A stretch of DNA of 59,740 nt from an uncultured Candidatus Bathyarchaeia archaeon (GTDB taxonomy: Archaea > Thermoproteota > Bathyarchaeia > RBG-16-48-13 > JAGMEO01). The stretch spans positions 1 to 59,740 of the forward strand of contig CAZTBK010000001.1 in assembly GCA_964611975.1 (NCBI GenBank), given 5' to 3'. Shown here piece by piece: positions 35,649-45,286 of the stretch (position 1 is its first letter; each line of letters opens with the position of its first letter). The notes beneath the pieces are model-generated. The model did not search any database. It had not been told where the DNA came from and saw only the letters and a list, made by a program, of their open reading frames with translations. The translations under genes and the position numbers were made by a program.

Positions 35649-37970
35649 ATGCTCCATTGGTGGATGGTAATAATTTTGGCGTATAAAAAGAGCCCTGAGA
35701 TACTCGATGCCGCTGCGGCCCCCCTCAGGCTTCAAATCCTGAGGCTCCTCAACGCTTACGGGCACCTAAGCTATAGTGAAATTATGAGTAAATCAAATCT
35801 AGATCCCTCTCGAGATGCTGGCAAATTCGCATACCACCTAAGGAAGCTGCGCCAAGCATCTCTGATAGCTGTGGACGAGAGGACAAAAAAATACAAGATC
35901 ACCCCCCTCGGTGAGGTTTTGGTCAACTTTACCAAAAAATTAGAGGCGTGCGTCGCTAAGGAAGGCAGAGTCTTCGTTCGAACCTCAAAGCTTACGATGG
36001 AGGAGTTCGACAGGAATAAGATAGCTAGAGCGTTGATTAAGGAGGCTGGAATGCCAATACGACTTGCCTATTCTATAGCCAAAGAGGTAGAGGAGAGGTT
36101 ACTCAAACTAGACGTGAGATACCTCACATCATCACTTATCAGGGAATTCGTCAACGTCGTCTTGATTGAAAAAGGGCTTCAGGAATACAGACATAAGCTG
36201 GTAAGGCTCGGCCTCCCTGCTTACGATGTAACTCAACTCATAAAGGACTCGGGCAACTCTTACCAGAGTGTCGAAGCTATAAGCGAGGCCGCTAGTGAGG
36301 GGGTGCTAAGGGAATATACCCTCCTCAATGTCCTTCCAAGAGAAATCACAGATGCCCATCTTTCAGGAGCCATACACATAAATAACATCGGTTTATGGGT
36401 GCTAAAACCATGTGATCTGCAACACGACCTCAGACCGTTCCTTCAAAGGGGGTTCAGGTCAATTCAACAAGGGCTAGTTACGGCCTTCGACCCCCCAAAG
36501 ACATTTGAAGCCGCAACCTCGCTGATTTATAACTTAATAGAGACGTCAGGGGCAGAGTTGGCCGGGGAGCAAGCCATCAATTACTTCAATATATTCTTGG
36601 CCCCCTTCGTGAAAGGCTTATCAGAAGATGACATGAAGAGGGCGCTTCGCTTCTTTATCTACAGTCTAAACACGGTGCCAACTAGCAGAGGAAGGCCGGT
36701 GGAGGTGACCATAGGAGTCGACCCACTAATTCCCAATAACTTTGAGGAGACCAGGGCCATTGGACCATGTGGCAGGGTGGTAGGTAATTACGGGGACTAC
36801 GTCGATGAATCTCGTAAGCTCCTAGACGTCTTATTGAGCATATTCCATGAGGGAAGCGTCCATGGGCACATTCTCGCTCCAAATTTAATTTTCAATATTA
36901 GACATGAGACTTTAAAGAGGAAGGAATTGGAGAATTTTTTGTTAAAAGTGCATGAACTTAGCGCAAAAAACGGAAAACCATATTTTGTGAATTTAATCCC
37001 AAGATGGCAGAATTGTGCTGTGTACTTCTCTACTGGAAATAGATTAGCGTCAGAGTGGACTAAGGACTGGGAAATCGACACGTTACGGACAGGACACTTA
37101 GGCAGTATAGCGATTAACCTGCCAAGGCTCGTATGCGAGACCCGGGAAGAGGAAGGTAAGCTCTTTAAACTCCTCAAAGATCGCATGGAGATGGCCGCAG
37201 AGGCATTGCAGATAAAATATCACGCGATACAGGAGCGTGGAAGACGATCACTCTTGCCTTCATTATTTCATCGCATTGCAAGAAAAACTTACTTTAGATT
37301 AAAAAATGCATCTAGCCTCATCGGTTTCATCGGCCTAAATGAAGCTGTTAAGATCTACACAGGAAGCAACATTTATAGATCCAAAGATAGCGCTTATTTC
37401 GCCAAAAAAATTATCGAAAAAATGTCTCTACACGCCAGGGAGTTATCGCAAAAGCTCGGTCTTCGAATAGGTGTCTCTCAGATATCCAACGGCGAGGCGG
37501 CTCAAAGGCTCGCAGAGTTAGACGTGGAAAAGTACGGTTGGAAGATCGTTAGCACGCAGGGGACAAAAGAGGCTCCCTATTATACAGATCTTGTCGCCGT
37601 TCCATTAGAAGCAAAGATCTCGCTTGAGAATCGCTTGCAAATAGAGGGCGAGTTCCATCAACTAACCTTAGGTGGGCATCTTTCTTTGATTGAACTTGAG
37701 GAATCAGAGCAAGATCCGGAAGATCTCCTTAATATGACGAGAAAAATCTGTCTTTCGTATGACGTAGGTGCATTTGCTTACACAAGGAACTTCAGCTACT
37801 GCAAAAATTGCCAAAAAGCTTTTGGTGGACATCCGGAAAAATGTCCAAACTGTAAATCCACAGATTCATTGATCTATTACGGCCGTCAGTCAGCTAAATA
37901 CAAACCGCTGAGATATTGGGCGACCTCAAAGAGGGAAGGCATGAGACGAAGGGTGCGTTACAGAGTTTAG
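35649..37970 (+). CDS. ArsR-type wHTH + ATP-cone + class III ribonucleotide reductase (NrdD)-like protein
   Basis: wHTH PLRLQILRLL...FAYHLRKLRQASLI. ATP-cone VFVRTSKLTMEEFDRNKIARAL. NrdD core AHLSGAIHINN and GSIAINLPRL. C-terminal CKNC...CPNC zinc ribbon. Confidence 0.85.
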   Translation: MLHWWMVIILAYKKSPEILDAAAAPLRLQILRLLNAYGHLSYSEIMSKSNLDPSRDAGKFAYHLRKLRQASLIAVDERTKKYKITPLGEVLVNFTKKLEACVAKEGRVFVRTSKLTMEEFDRNKIARALIKEAGMPIRLAYSIAKEVEERLLKLDVRYLTSSLIREFVNVVLIEKGLQEYRHKLVRLGLPAYDVTQLIKDSGNSYQSVEAISEAASEGVLREYTLLNVLPREITDAHLSGAIHINNIGLWVLKPCDLQHDLRPFLQRGFRSIQQGLVTAFDPPKTFEAATSLIYNLIETSGAELAGEQAINYFNIFLAPFVKGLSEDDMKRALRFFIYSLNTVPTSRGRPVEVTIGVDPLIPNNFEETRAIGPCGRVVGNYGDYVDESRKLLDVLLSIFHEGSVHGHILAPNLIFNIRHETLKRKELENFLLKVHELSAKNGKPYFVNLIPRWQNCAVYFSTGNRLASEWTKDWEIDTLRTGHLGSIAINLPRLVCETREEEGKLFKLLKDRMEMAAEALQIKYHAIQERGRRSLLPSLFHRIARKTYFRLKNASSLIGFIGLNEAVKIYTGSNIYRSKDSAYFAKKIIEKMSLHARELSQKLGLRIGVSQISNGEAAQRLAELDVEKYGWKIVSTQGTKEAPYYTDLVAVPLEAKISLENRLQIEGEFHQLTLGGHLSLIELEESEQDPEDLLNMTRKICLSYDVGAFAYTRNFSYCKNCQKAFGGHPEKCPNCKSTDSLIYYGRQSAKYKPLRYWATSKREGMRRRVRYRV

Positions 37971-37976
37971 GGAGGG

Positions 37977-38336
37977 TCAAACTTGAGCCTTAGATTGGAG
38001 CAGGAGTATCGCCTTCGCTAGATCACCACCTGTCTCTTTCAACGCCTCTCTCGCCTCGTCTAAAGTTTTACCCGTTTGATTTGCAACCAACTGAACATCT
38101 TCATCTGGAATTTCCCCCTCAACTTCTAAGGTTTTTTCAGTTATGCTCCCACCGACTATCTGAAAGGTTTTCTGGCCTCGGACCTCCATAATAGTCACCT
38201 CGGGGTCTTTGATGATTAACTCTCTGCTATCGGTCTTTATCGTGACCTCTTGCACGTTAGGTACCTCCTTAACCTTTACCCCCATACGTTCCATAAATCG
38301 CCTGGCTCGGCGCGGGGTCATCCTCCTCATTTTCAC
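37977..38336 (-). CDS. nac: Nascent polypeptide-associated complex protein (archaeal NAC alpha)
   Basis: NAC domain (VQEVTIKT...QKTFQIVG) plus C-terminal UBA (LDEAREALKETGGDLAKAILLL). Confidence 0.9.
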   Translation of the reverse strand: MKMRRMTPRRARRFMERMGVKVKEVPNVQEVTIKTDSRELIIKDPEVTIMEVRGQKTFQIVGGSITEKTLEVEGEIPDEDVQLVANQTGKTLDEAREALKETGGDLAKAILLLQSKAQV

Positions 38337-38465
38337 GCGTCCTCCTCATCTTTTCAATATATATTAACTCCCCCTTTACTACATCCCTTATAAAAATCGG
38401 CGATATATACAAACATCATTAAGTAAAAATGAAGAAGGATTCTGATATTATAGATGGCTTTAAAG

Positions 38466-38975
38466 ATGGAATGTGAAATATGCGGTAAAAAGATATGCGG
38501 GGAGCCATATAATGTGGTAATCGATGGGGTAAAGTTCATCGTATGCGAGGAGTGCGCAAGGTTTTCATCACCAAAAGAAAGAATCAAAATGGCATTGATC
38601 GCGAGGAAAAAGCCGTCCGTAAAGCCTCCTCCGCTTAAACCTAAAGGGGCAAAGAGGAAGGCCCTCGAGGAGCTGGAGCTTGTGGAAGACTACGGTTCAC
38701 TAGTCAAAATGGCAAGGGAAAAAATTGGGTTTAGCCGTGAAGATTTAGGAAGAAGGATCGGTGAGAAGGTATCAGTCATTCGAAAAGTTGAAATGAATAG
38801 GATTGTCCCTGATCAAAGGCTTGTTAGGAAACTCGAGCACTTCTTGAGGATCAGGCTCCTTGTGAAACCCCCTTCCCCCCATATCATAAGGAGAGGATCT
38901 GCCCAAAAACCTTATGAGTTCACGTTGGGTGACGTAGTTTCGATTCGGAAGAGGAAGAGCGATGTTGGAGGTTAG
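38466..38975 (+). CDS. Archaeal multiprotein-bridging factor 1 (aMBF1): zinc ribbon + Cro/C1 HTH
   Basis: MECEICGKKI...CEECARF zinc ribbon, then HTH segment REKIGFSREDLGRRIGEKVSVIRKVE. Confidence 0.85.
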   Translation: MECEICGKKICGEPYNVVIDGVKFIVCEECARFSSPKERIKMALIARKKPSVKPPPLKPKGAKRKALEELELVEDYGSLVKMAREKIGFSREDLGRRIGEKVSVIRKVEMNRIVPDQRLVRKLEHFLRIRLLVKPPSPHIIRRGSAQKPYEFTLGDVVSIRKRKSDVGG

Positions 38976-38978
38976 GGG

Positions 38979-40262
38979 ATGAGGGCGGTCATAGTTCAGA
39001 GGAGGAAGAGGGGGGATTATCCAAGCTTAAGCGAGCTCAAGAGTTTAGCCGAATCTGCGGGGTACGTCGTCGTCGGCTCCATCGAACAAGTTCGCGAACC
39101 TGACCCTAAATATCAGATAGGTGCGGGGAAGGTCACCGAACTAGCAAGATTAGTTCAGGATCTCAAAGTAGATAAGATAATATTTGAGAACAGCCTCAAA
39201 CCAACCCAGGCTTACAATCTTGCGAAGGCTACTGGAGTAGAGGTCATAGATCGCTTTCAGTTAATACTCGAAATTTTTGCTAGGAATGCATTTACCAAGG
39301 AAGCCAAGCTACAGATCCAGCTGGCAAAGCTTCGCTATCAGCTTCCACGCGCAAAAGAGAGCGTAAGGCTGGCAAAGATGGGAGAGCAGCCTGGTTTTTT
39401 AGGCCTAGGAAGATACGAGGTCGATGTTTATTATGAGGCCATAAAGAGGCAGATAACACGAATTAGGGAGAAGTTGAGGAGGGTTCGGAGAAAGAGGATA
39501 CTACACAGGACTCGCAGGCTTAACTTAGGTTTTTCGCTCATTTCTTTAGCCGGGTATACAAATTCCGGAAAGAGCACGCTGTTTAATGCACTCACAGAAG
39601 AAGGCGTACCAACAGGTCCTGGTCTCTTCACTACGCTTTCGACGACGACTAGAGCTGTAAACCTCGGTGGCAGGAGGGCCCTGATAACGGATACTGTTGG
39701 CTTTATTGATCGCCTGCCACTTGCATTAGTGGAATCCTTTCGTTCAACGCTCGAAGAAACCATTTTCTCTGATGTAATTGTCCTCGTCGTCGATGCCAGT
39801 GAAACGATCTCTGAAATTCAGAGAAAGATCTCTTGTTGCCTTGACACGCTCACGGAGATAGGGGCTGGTGGCATCCCGATAGTTGCGGCCCTTAACAAGA
39901 TCGATTTACTGAAGAGTGATGAGGTCAGTGAGAGGGTCTCTCGTCTGAAGGGCATCGTCCCTAACTTAGTTCCAATCTCAGCACTCAAAGGAACGGGGAT
40001 AGGAGCGTTGAAGGGCGAAATTTCCAAAAACTTAGAGGGGCTTGAGGAAGCCTCGGTTGTCCTTCCACTTGATGGGAAAACCATGTCCTTTATATCAAAC
40101 CTTTACCGCGCATCTAACGTCATCGAGGCTAGATATAAAGACAGAGAGGTGAAAGTTAAGTTTAGGGCACAACCTGAGTTTGTATGTAGAGTCCTGGGAC
40201 GGGTAAGCAGATTGGGTGGGAAAACCTTGAGGAGAGGCGTTACGGTGATCGCTTTACGATGA
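38979..40262 (+). CDS. hflX: GTPase HflX
   Basis: HflX N-domain (DRFQLILEIFA, LAKLRYQLPR). G1 GYTNSGKST, G3 DTVGF, G4 NKID. Confidence 0.9.
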   Translation: MRAVIVQRRKRGDYPSLSELKSLAESAGYVVVGSIEQVREPDPKYQIGAGKVTELARLVQDLKVDKIIFENSLKPTQAYNLAKATGVEVIDRFQLILEIFARNAFTKEAKLQIQLAKLRYQLPRAKESVRLAKMGEQPGFLGLGRYEVDVYYEAIKRQITRIREKLRRVRRKRILHRTRRLNLGFSLISLAGYTNSGKSTLFNALTEEGVPTGPGLFTTLSTTTRAVNLGGRRALITDTVGFIDRLPLALVESFRSTLEETIFSDVIVLVVDASETISEIQRKISCCLDTLTEIGAGGIPIVAALNKIDLLKSDEVSERVSRLKGIVPNLVPISALKGTGIGALKGEISKNLEGLEEASVVLPLDGKTMSFISNLYRASNVIEARYKDREVKVKFRAQPEFVCRVLGRVSRLGGKTLRRGVTVIALR

Positions 40263-40797
40263 CCTTTTTTCCATGTTTTTGTGGGATTATTCTCATTTTC
40301 GCCCCTCTGAATTCTAAGCTAAGCTCCTTTCCATTAAAGAGGCGATCAAGAAATACAGCCAGGGCTGCACATTCGCTGTGCGGCTGATTGCCTATAGCGA
40401 CGTTGAAATCCGCCAAAGTGAACATCTCACTTGGAACCTTTGCTGCGCCTACCACCACCATTACATCCTTTCCGGTCTTTATGATCCTCTCTAAAACATC
40501 ACTCCCCTCGATGTTCTCTCCATACATAGTTAGGTGGCAGACTATTCCTCCCCTCCGCTTCCATTCCTTAATCGCGGTTTTCCATGGCACCCCCATCTCT
40601 ACTGCAATATTCCCTCCCCACCTTTCCGTTATCTTTTCGACAGTCTTCTTGACCTTTTTGTCGATTATATCTGCCAAAATTATCGATGAGGCACCAAAGG
40701 CCCTCGCTATGAGGCAGATGTGGGAGGTCAACCTGGAGTCGCGCACATACCTATGCCCCCATCTGAGCACTACAACTTTCGGGGAGAGGGGTGCCAT
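40240..40797 (-). CDS. trm56: tRNA (cytidine56-2'-O)-methyltransferase aTrm56 (SPOUT)
   Basis: VVLRWGHRYVRDSRLTSHICLIARAFGA, HLTMYG and GNQPHSECAALAVFLDR motifs. I prefer ATG 40797; the ORF extends to 40926. Confidence 0.9.
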   Translation of the reverse strand: MAPLSPKVVVLRWGHRYVRDSRLTSHICLIARAFGASSIILADIIDKKVKKTVEKITERWGGNIAVEMGVPWKTAIKEWKRRGGIVCHLTMYGENIEGSDVLERIIKTGKDVMVVVGAAKVPSEMFTLADFNVAIGNQPHSECAALAVFLDRLFNGKELSLEFRGAKMRIIPQKHGKKVIVKRSP

Positions 40798-41078
40798 CCC
40801 GTCATCAGAAGTCTGATGGGAAATCTTTTTGCTTAAATCTTCGTCTTTTTGCATGCACGGGGCCTTATGCCTTATGGTCGAAGCGTCTTCTGGCAACCTA
40901 TTGGTTAGTTGATAATTGGTTTTCATGTTTTTGCCCTTTTGTTTTTGACCGGCTCACGGCTAATTAGGCGATTCAGTAAGTTTACGGAACAGGGCGTCAT
41001 AAATCTTTAAGTTCCTCCTTCCTCTATCTATATTAGTAGAGAGGACAGTCTAAAAATACAGGTGTATACATTTTGGCG

Positions 41079-41582
41079 ATGTTTGTGGATGAGGACCTAC
41101 TGGTAAAGGTTGCGAGTATTATAGGCGGAGATGGGGCAGTTAAGGTTGTTAATTTTCTTGGATCAGTAGAGGAAGCAACGGAGGATGAGATATCAAGAAA
41201 AACTGAAATTCAACTAAACGACGTCCGTAAGGTTCTGTATAAACTTTATAATCACTCAATAGTCACGAATGTGAAGTTTAGAGATAAAAAGAGCGGGTGG
41301 TTTGTTTTTAAGTGGAAGCTACAACCAGGCCAAGTTGCTGGGTTCGTCAGAGTTTTGAAGAGGAAGGTTCTTGAGAAGCTTGAGAGGAGGTTGAAGTACG
41401 AGAAAAGCCATGACTTCTTTTCTTGTTTCAGTCCAGGCTGTGGCAGGGTGACCTTTGAGGAAGCTGTTGAGGACGTTTTTCGCTGCCCAAAATGTGGCAA
41501 ACCCCTAAAGCGCTTTGCTAACAGTTTGGTCATTAAGGCTTTAGAGGAGAGGATCGAGTTGTTGAGGAAGGAGTTAGGTTAG
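41079..41582 (+). CDS. tfe: Transcription factor E (TFE alpha)
   Basis: Extended wHTH (EDEISRKTEIQLNDVRKVLYKLYN, GWFVFKWKL) and a zinc-ribbon remnant CPKCG. ATG at 41079 sits about 25 nt after a TAAAAATA box. Confidence 0.85.
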   Translation: MFVDEDLLVKVASIIGGDGAVKVVNFLGSVEEATEDEISRKTEIQLNDVRKVLYKLYNHSIVTNVKFRDKKSGWFVFKWKLQPGQVAGFVRVLKRKVLEKLERRLKYEKSHDFFSCFSPGCGRVTFEEAVEDVFRCPKCGKPLKRFANSLVIKALEERIELLRKELG

Positions 41583-41592
41583 GGATCTTCAG

Positions 41593-42132
41593 GTGTCCTA
41601 TTTGGTTTTGCCCTCTCGCGCTGAGTGCCTGAAAATTCTTCGTGAAGCTGGGTGTGGATATAACGTCATTAGACATTGCATCACTGTTTCCTCTCTTGCC
41701 GTTAGGATCGCTAGGCTGTTCGTTAAGAGGGGCTTTAACATCAACGTAAGACTAGTTGAGGTCGGTAGCCTCTTACATGACATAGGGAGGTCCAGGACAC
41801 ATGGGATCAGGCACGGCATCATTGGCGGTGAGATCGTGAGAGAGTTAGGGTTGCCCGAGGCTGTAGCGAGGATCGTTGAGAGGCACGTCGGAGCTGGCCT
41901 GGCAGCCGATGAGGCCACAAGTTTTGGTCTGCCCCACAGGGATCTTATTCCCATGACTTGGGAGGAGAAAATTGTTTGCTATGCTGACAAGCTGGTTGCT
42001 GGTGGTCGTGTCATTAGTTTTAACGAAACATTCAAGAGGTTCGTTAAAGATGTTGGTATTAACAGCCCCGCTGCTGGGAGATTAAGGGAGCTACATGAGG
42101 AGATCTCAAGAATTACTGGCGACAACTTCTAA
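41593..42132 (+). CDS. HD/HDIG domain phosphohydrolase (TIGR00295-like)
   Basis: H...LHDIGR...H...ADKL motif series. Confidence 0.8.
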   Translation: MSYLVLPSRAECLKILREAGCGYNVIRHCITVSSLAVRIARLFVKRGFNINVRLVEVGSLLHDIGRSRTHGIRHGIIGGEIVRELGLPEAVARIVERHVGAGLAADEATSFGLPHRDLIPMTWEEKIVCYADKLVAGGRVISFNETFKRFVKDVGINSPAAGRLRELHEEISRITGDNF

Positions 42133-42260
42133 GGGTCTAAAATTTTTACATAAATGGTTTTGCGGTTCTTGAGTTGTTTTTGCTAGCTTCTTATTTACTG
42201 AAGATTGTTTACATATTTATGTTAAAAAAACTTAAATACTTTTAGGTAAATGCCATAAAT

Positions 42261-42809
42261 ATGGCAAAAGAAAAATACTCTTCATCTAAAATCACAATCT
42301 TGGTAGCGACTACGTCGGCGATAACTGGCGTTGGTTTTCTTTTGACTGCACCTGTTCCATTAATTCCAGGCGCGATTCACTGGAGAATCTTAGCTTTCCT
42401 GCCGTGTGTTTTTGGTATATTATTTGGGCCGAAGATAGGATTTCTCTCAGGCGCCATCGGCAACACCCTGTGGGCGATTCTTGGAGGGTACTTCAACGCA
42501 GCGACACCGATATTCGACCTAACGGGTGTTGGTTTAACTGGATTGATACCCGGTCTATTGATCAAACCAGAAAGCTGCAAAAACTTGATAGGGTTGGTGA
42601 AGGCCACGATGGTTTCCTTGTTGTCTGGAATAATAATGGTATTCATAGTGGCTGTTGGTTTCGAGTTAGCTGGGGCGGCGCCGTTCTGGCCAGCGCTTTA
42701 CATGCTCGTGTTGAGCGATTTACCGCCCATAATTGTAGGGACTCCAGTCATAGTTGCAGCGTTACTTCCACCTCTAAAGGCAAGAGGGTTTCTGAAAGGC
42801 AGATGGTAA
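42261..42809 (+). CDS. ECF transporter substrate-capture (S) component, specificity unknown
   Basis: 182 aa, about 6 TM, directly upstream of the EcfA-EcfA'-EcfT genes. Confidence 0.6.
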   Translation: MAKEKYSSSKITILVATTSAITGVGFLLTAPVPLIPGAIHWRILAFLPCVFGILFGPKIGFLSGAIGNTLWAILGGYFNAATPIFDLTGVGLTGLIPGLLIKPESCKNLIGLVKATMVSLLSGIIMVFIVAVGFELAGAAPFWPALYMLVLSDLPPIIVGTPVIVAALLPPLKARGFLKGRW

Positions 42810-42824
42810 TCCCATCAATATGGT

Positions 42825-43679
42825 GTGAAAATGAAGGGGTTGATAACGGAGGATCTATGCTATCGGTATGATAGTTCAGGATTCTCCCTGCAGAACGTCA
42901 ATATTGAGATAGGTGGGGGGGAGTTCGTCCTGGTGACGGGGCCATCTGGTTGTGGTAAATCCACACTGGCATACTGCTTAAGCGGAGTGATACCACACTG
43001 CATAAAAAGCGGTGAGATGAAAGGCAGGGTCATTGTTAACGGGAAGGACACCAGGACCACGGAGTTGAACAAACTGGTGAGGGATGTTGGGATAGTCTTA
43101 CAAAACCCAGAGTCGCAGATATTTGGAATGACAGTTGAAGAGGACATAGCGTTTGGTCTAGAGAACGTCTGCTTGCCACCGAGCACCATAAGGGAGAAAG
43201 TCGACGAGGTATTGAGTTTCATTGGTTTAGAGAATGCAAGGGCTAAAAACCCATATCAATTGTCTGGGGGCGAGAAGCAGAGGCTTGTGATAGGGTCAGT
43301 GCTCGCTATGGATCCGAGCATACTTATCCTCGATGAACCCTTTTCGAACATAGATTCCCTAGGAGCAGAGACCGTCTTATCGACTCTGGTTTCACTGAAG
43401 AATGCTGGAAAGACGGTTGTTCTAATAGAGAGGAGGAGCGAGTATGTGATTTCCTTCGTAGATAGAATAATAGCTTTGGAGGATGGTGGGGTGGTCGCGG
43501 ACACAAACCCGAGGAGCTTTTTCAAGAACAGGAAGCTGGTGGAGGAGCTCGATATAAATCTACCTCAAGTGGTTAGGTTAGCTTACAAGCTTGAAGAGAG
43601 TGGGGTGAAAATGGGAGATGTTCCCTTGACCGTTGAAGAGCTCGTGAGTGATTTAAATGGATCCTATAATAGAAACTGA
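42825..43679 (+). CDS. ECF transporter ATPase EcfA1
   Basis: GPSGCGKST, LSGGEKQR, ILILDEP. Confidence 0.9.
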   Translation: MKMKGLITEDLCYRYDSSGFSLQNVNIEIGGGEFVLVTGPSGCGKSTLAYCLSGVIPHCIKSGEMKGRVIVNGKDTRTTELNKLVRDVGIVLQNPESQIFGMTVEEDIAFGLENVCLPPSTIREKVDEVLSFIGLENARAKNPYQLSGGEKQRLVIGSVLAMDPSILILDEPFSNIDSLGAETVLSTLVSLKNAGKTVVLIERRSEYVISFVDRIIALEDGGVVADTNPRSFFKNRKLVEELDINLPQVVRLAYKLEESGVKMGDVPLTVEELVSDLNGSYNRN

Positions 43680-44493
43680 AAAACTGTGTTTCACTTATGA
43701 TGGGGTAAGCTGGGCGATTAGGGATGTGAGTCTTGAAATTTACAGGGGTGAAGTCGTATCTATAATAGGGCCGAACGGTTCTGGGAAGACCACTCTCGTC
43801 AAGCACTTTAACGGTTTGTTGAAACCAACGAGCGGAACAGTCCTTGTTAACGGAATAGACACAACGAAAATCACGACCGCTGAATTAGCAAGAACCGTTG
43901 GATACGTCTTCCAAAACCCGAATCACCAAATTTTTTCTAACACTGTTTTAGAAGAAACAGCATTTGGACCGAAGAACATCGGGTTTAAAGATGCAGAAAA
44001 GCTTGCACTTGAGAGTTTAAGAAGTGTTAACTTAGAGAGTAAAGCAGGCGCTTCACCATTTTTGCTGAGTATGGGCGAGAAAGAGAGGCTCGCCATCGCA
44101 TCCTTACTAGCGATGCAACCCGATGTTTTAATAATGGACGAGCCCACCACGGGTCAGGATTATTCCACCTGCTTAGCGATAATGGATGTGGTGAGTAGGC
44201 TCAAGCAGCTCGGAAAGACCGTGATATTGGTAACTCACGATATAGATGTCGTGGCCGAGTGGGCTGACAGAGTTTTTGTCTTAAGTAATGGTATTTTGTT
44301 GAGGCAGGGTAAGCCGGGTGAGTTGTTCTCTGATTTCAATTTCTTACAGAGTGTACACTTGTCACCGCCACAGATACTTAAAGTAGAGAGACTGCTCGGG
44401 TTAAAGTCAGCCTGCATGTCCGTAGACGAACTTGCTAAGAGGATTAAAGATGGAATTAGTCAACCACACAAGAACAAACTCGTTTTTTCATAG
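43657..44493 (+). CDS. ECF transporter ATPase EcfA2
   Basis: GPNGSGKTT, LSMGEKERLAIA, VLIMDEPT. 23-nt overlap with ecfA1. Confidence 0.9.
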   Translation: MDPIIETEKLCFTYDGVSWAIRDVSLEIYRGEVVSIIGPNGSGKTTLVKHFNGLLKPTSGTVLVNGIDTTKITTAELARTVGYVFQNPNHQIFSNTVLEETAFGPKNIGFKDAEKLALESLRSVNLESKAGASPFLLSMGEKERLAIASLLAMQPDVLIMDEPTTGQDYSTCLAIMDVVSRLKQLGKTVILVTHDIDVVAEWADRVFVLSNGILLRQGKPGELFSDFNFLQSVHLSPPQILKVERLLGLKSACMSVDELAKRIKDGISQPHKNKLVFS

Positions 44494-45253
44494 GCTAGAT
44501 CCTAGGTCAAAAATGTTTTTGTGCGCGACCATAATGGCCTTGAGCCTCTTATTCAACAGTCCAGTTTTCCTCGTGGGCTTGTTCCTAGTTGTGACTTCAC
44601 TGATTTTCTTAGCTAGAGTGCACCACGAGTTCTTTGAGAGAGTTAAACTGCTTGCTTCAACCATTTTCATGGCTTTCATCCTCTGGTCTTCGTTCTATCG
44701 CTGGTCATTGTTCAGCTCTTCTGGTTCCACTGAGGCGATATTTACAATTGGACCGATAACCCTTGACAGGCTGGGTCTCGCCTATGGGGTCTCCATGCTA
44801 TTCAGGGTCCTAGTGATGATAGGGACACCTTTACTGTTCTTTATGACAACCACACTGAGCGAGCTTGTTCTAGCTTTTGTAAAATTGAAGATCCCTTACA
44901 AAGTGGCTTTCACGCTTGGGTTGTCTGGCAGGCTCGTCCCATTGTTGGAAAATGAGTTTAAGACTATAAAGCAGGCTCAGATGGCCAGGGGGCTGGAAAT
45001 CGATAAAGGCGGCTTAGTGAAAAGGGTTAAAAATCATATACCAATCCTGACCCCCTTGATCTTCAGGTCTCTGGAACTCTCGGATCAGATGAGTACGGCT
45101 ATGGAAACGAAGGGGTTCGCTATGAAAGATGATAGAACCTTCTACAAGGACATAGAGATGAGGAGAAGAGATTATTTAGTAGTTATGATCTCTCTGCTTG
45201 CACTAGCTTTAGGTATAGCGCTCAGGTTTTTCGGGGTTGGCATCATTGCGTGA
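44450..45253 (+). CDS. ECF transporter transmembrane component EcfT (CbiQ family)
   Basis: FHRLDPRSK N-terminal signature and the ARG.E coupling-helix motif (QAQMARGLEI). Confidence 0.85.
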   Translation: MELVNHTRTNSFFHRLDPRSKMFLCATIMALSLLFNSPVFLVGLFLVVTSLIFLARVHHEFFERVKLLASTIFMAFILWSSFYRWSLFSSSGSTEAIFTIGPITLDRLGLAYGVSMLFRVLVMIGTPLLFFMTTTLSELVLAFVKLKIPYKVAFTLGLSGRLVPLLENEFKTIKQAQMARGLEIDKGGLVKRVKNHIPILTPLIFRSLELSDQMSTAMETKGFAMKDDRTFYKDIEMRRRDYLVVMISLLALALGIALRFFGVGIIA

Positions 45254-45286
45254 AAAACCTTCAGAAAATTTATGGAGAGTGTTTAG

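Noticed and set aside
42133-42260. Riboswitch in front of the first ECF S-component gene
   Set aside because: The region is AT-rich with no convincing conserved helices. It looks like an ordinary promoter region.
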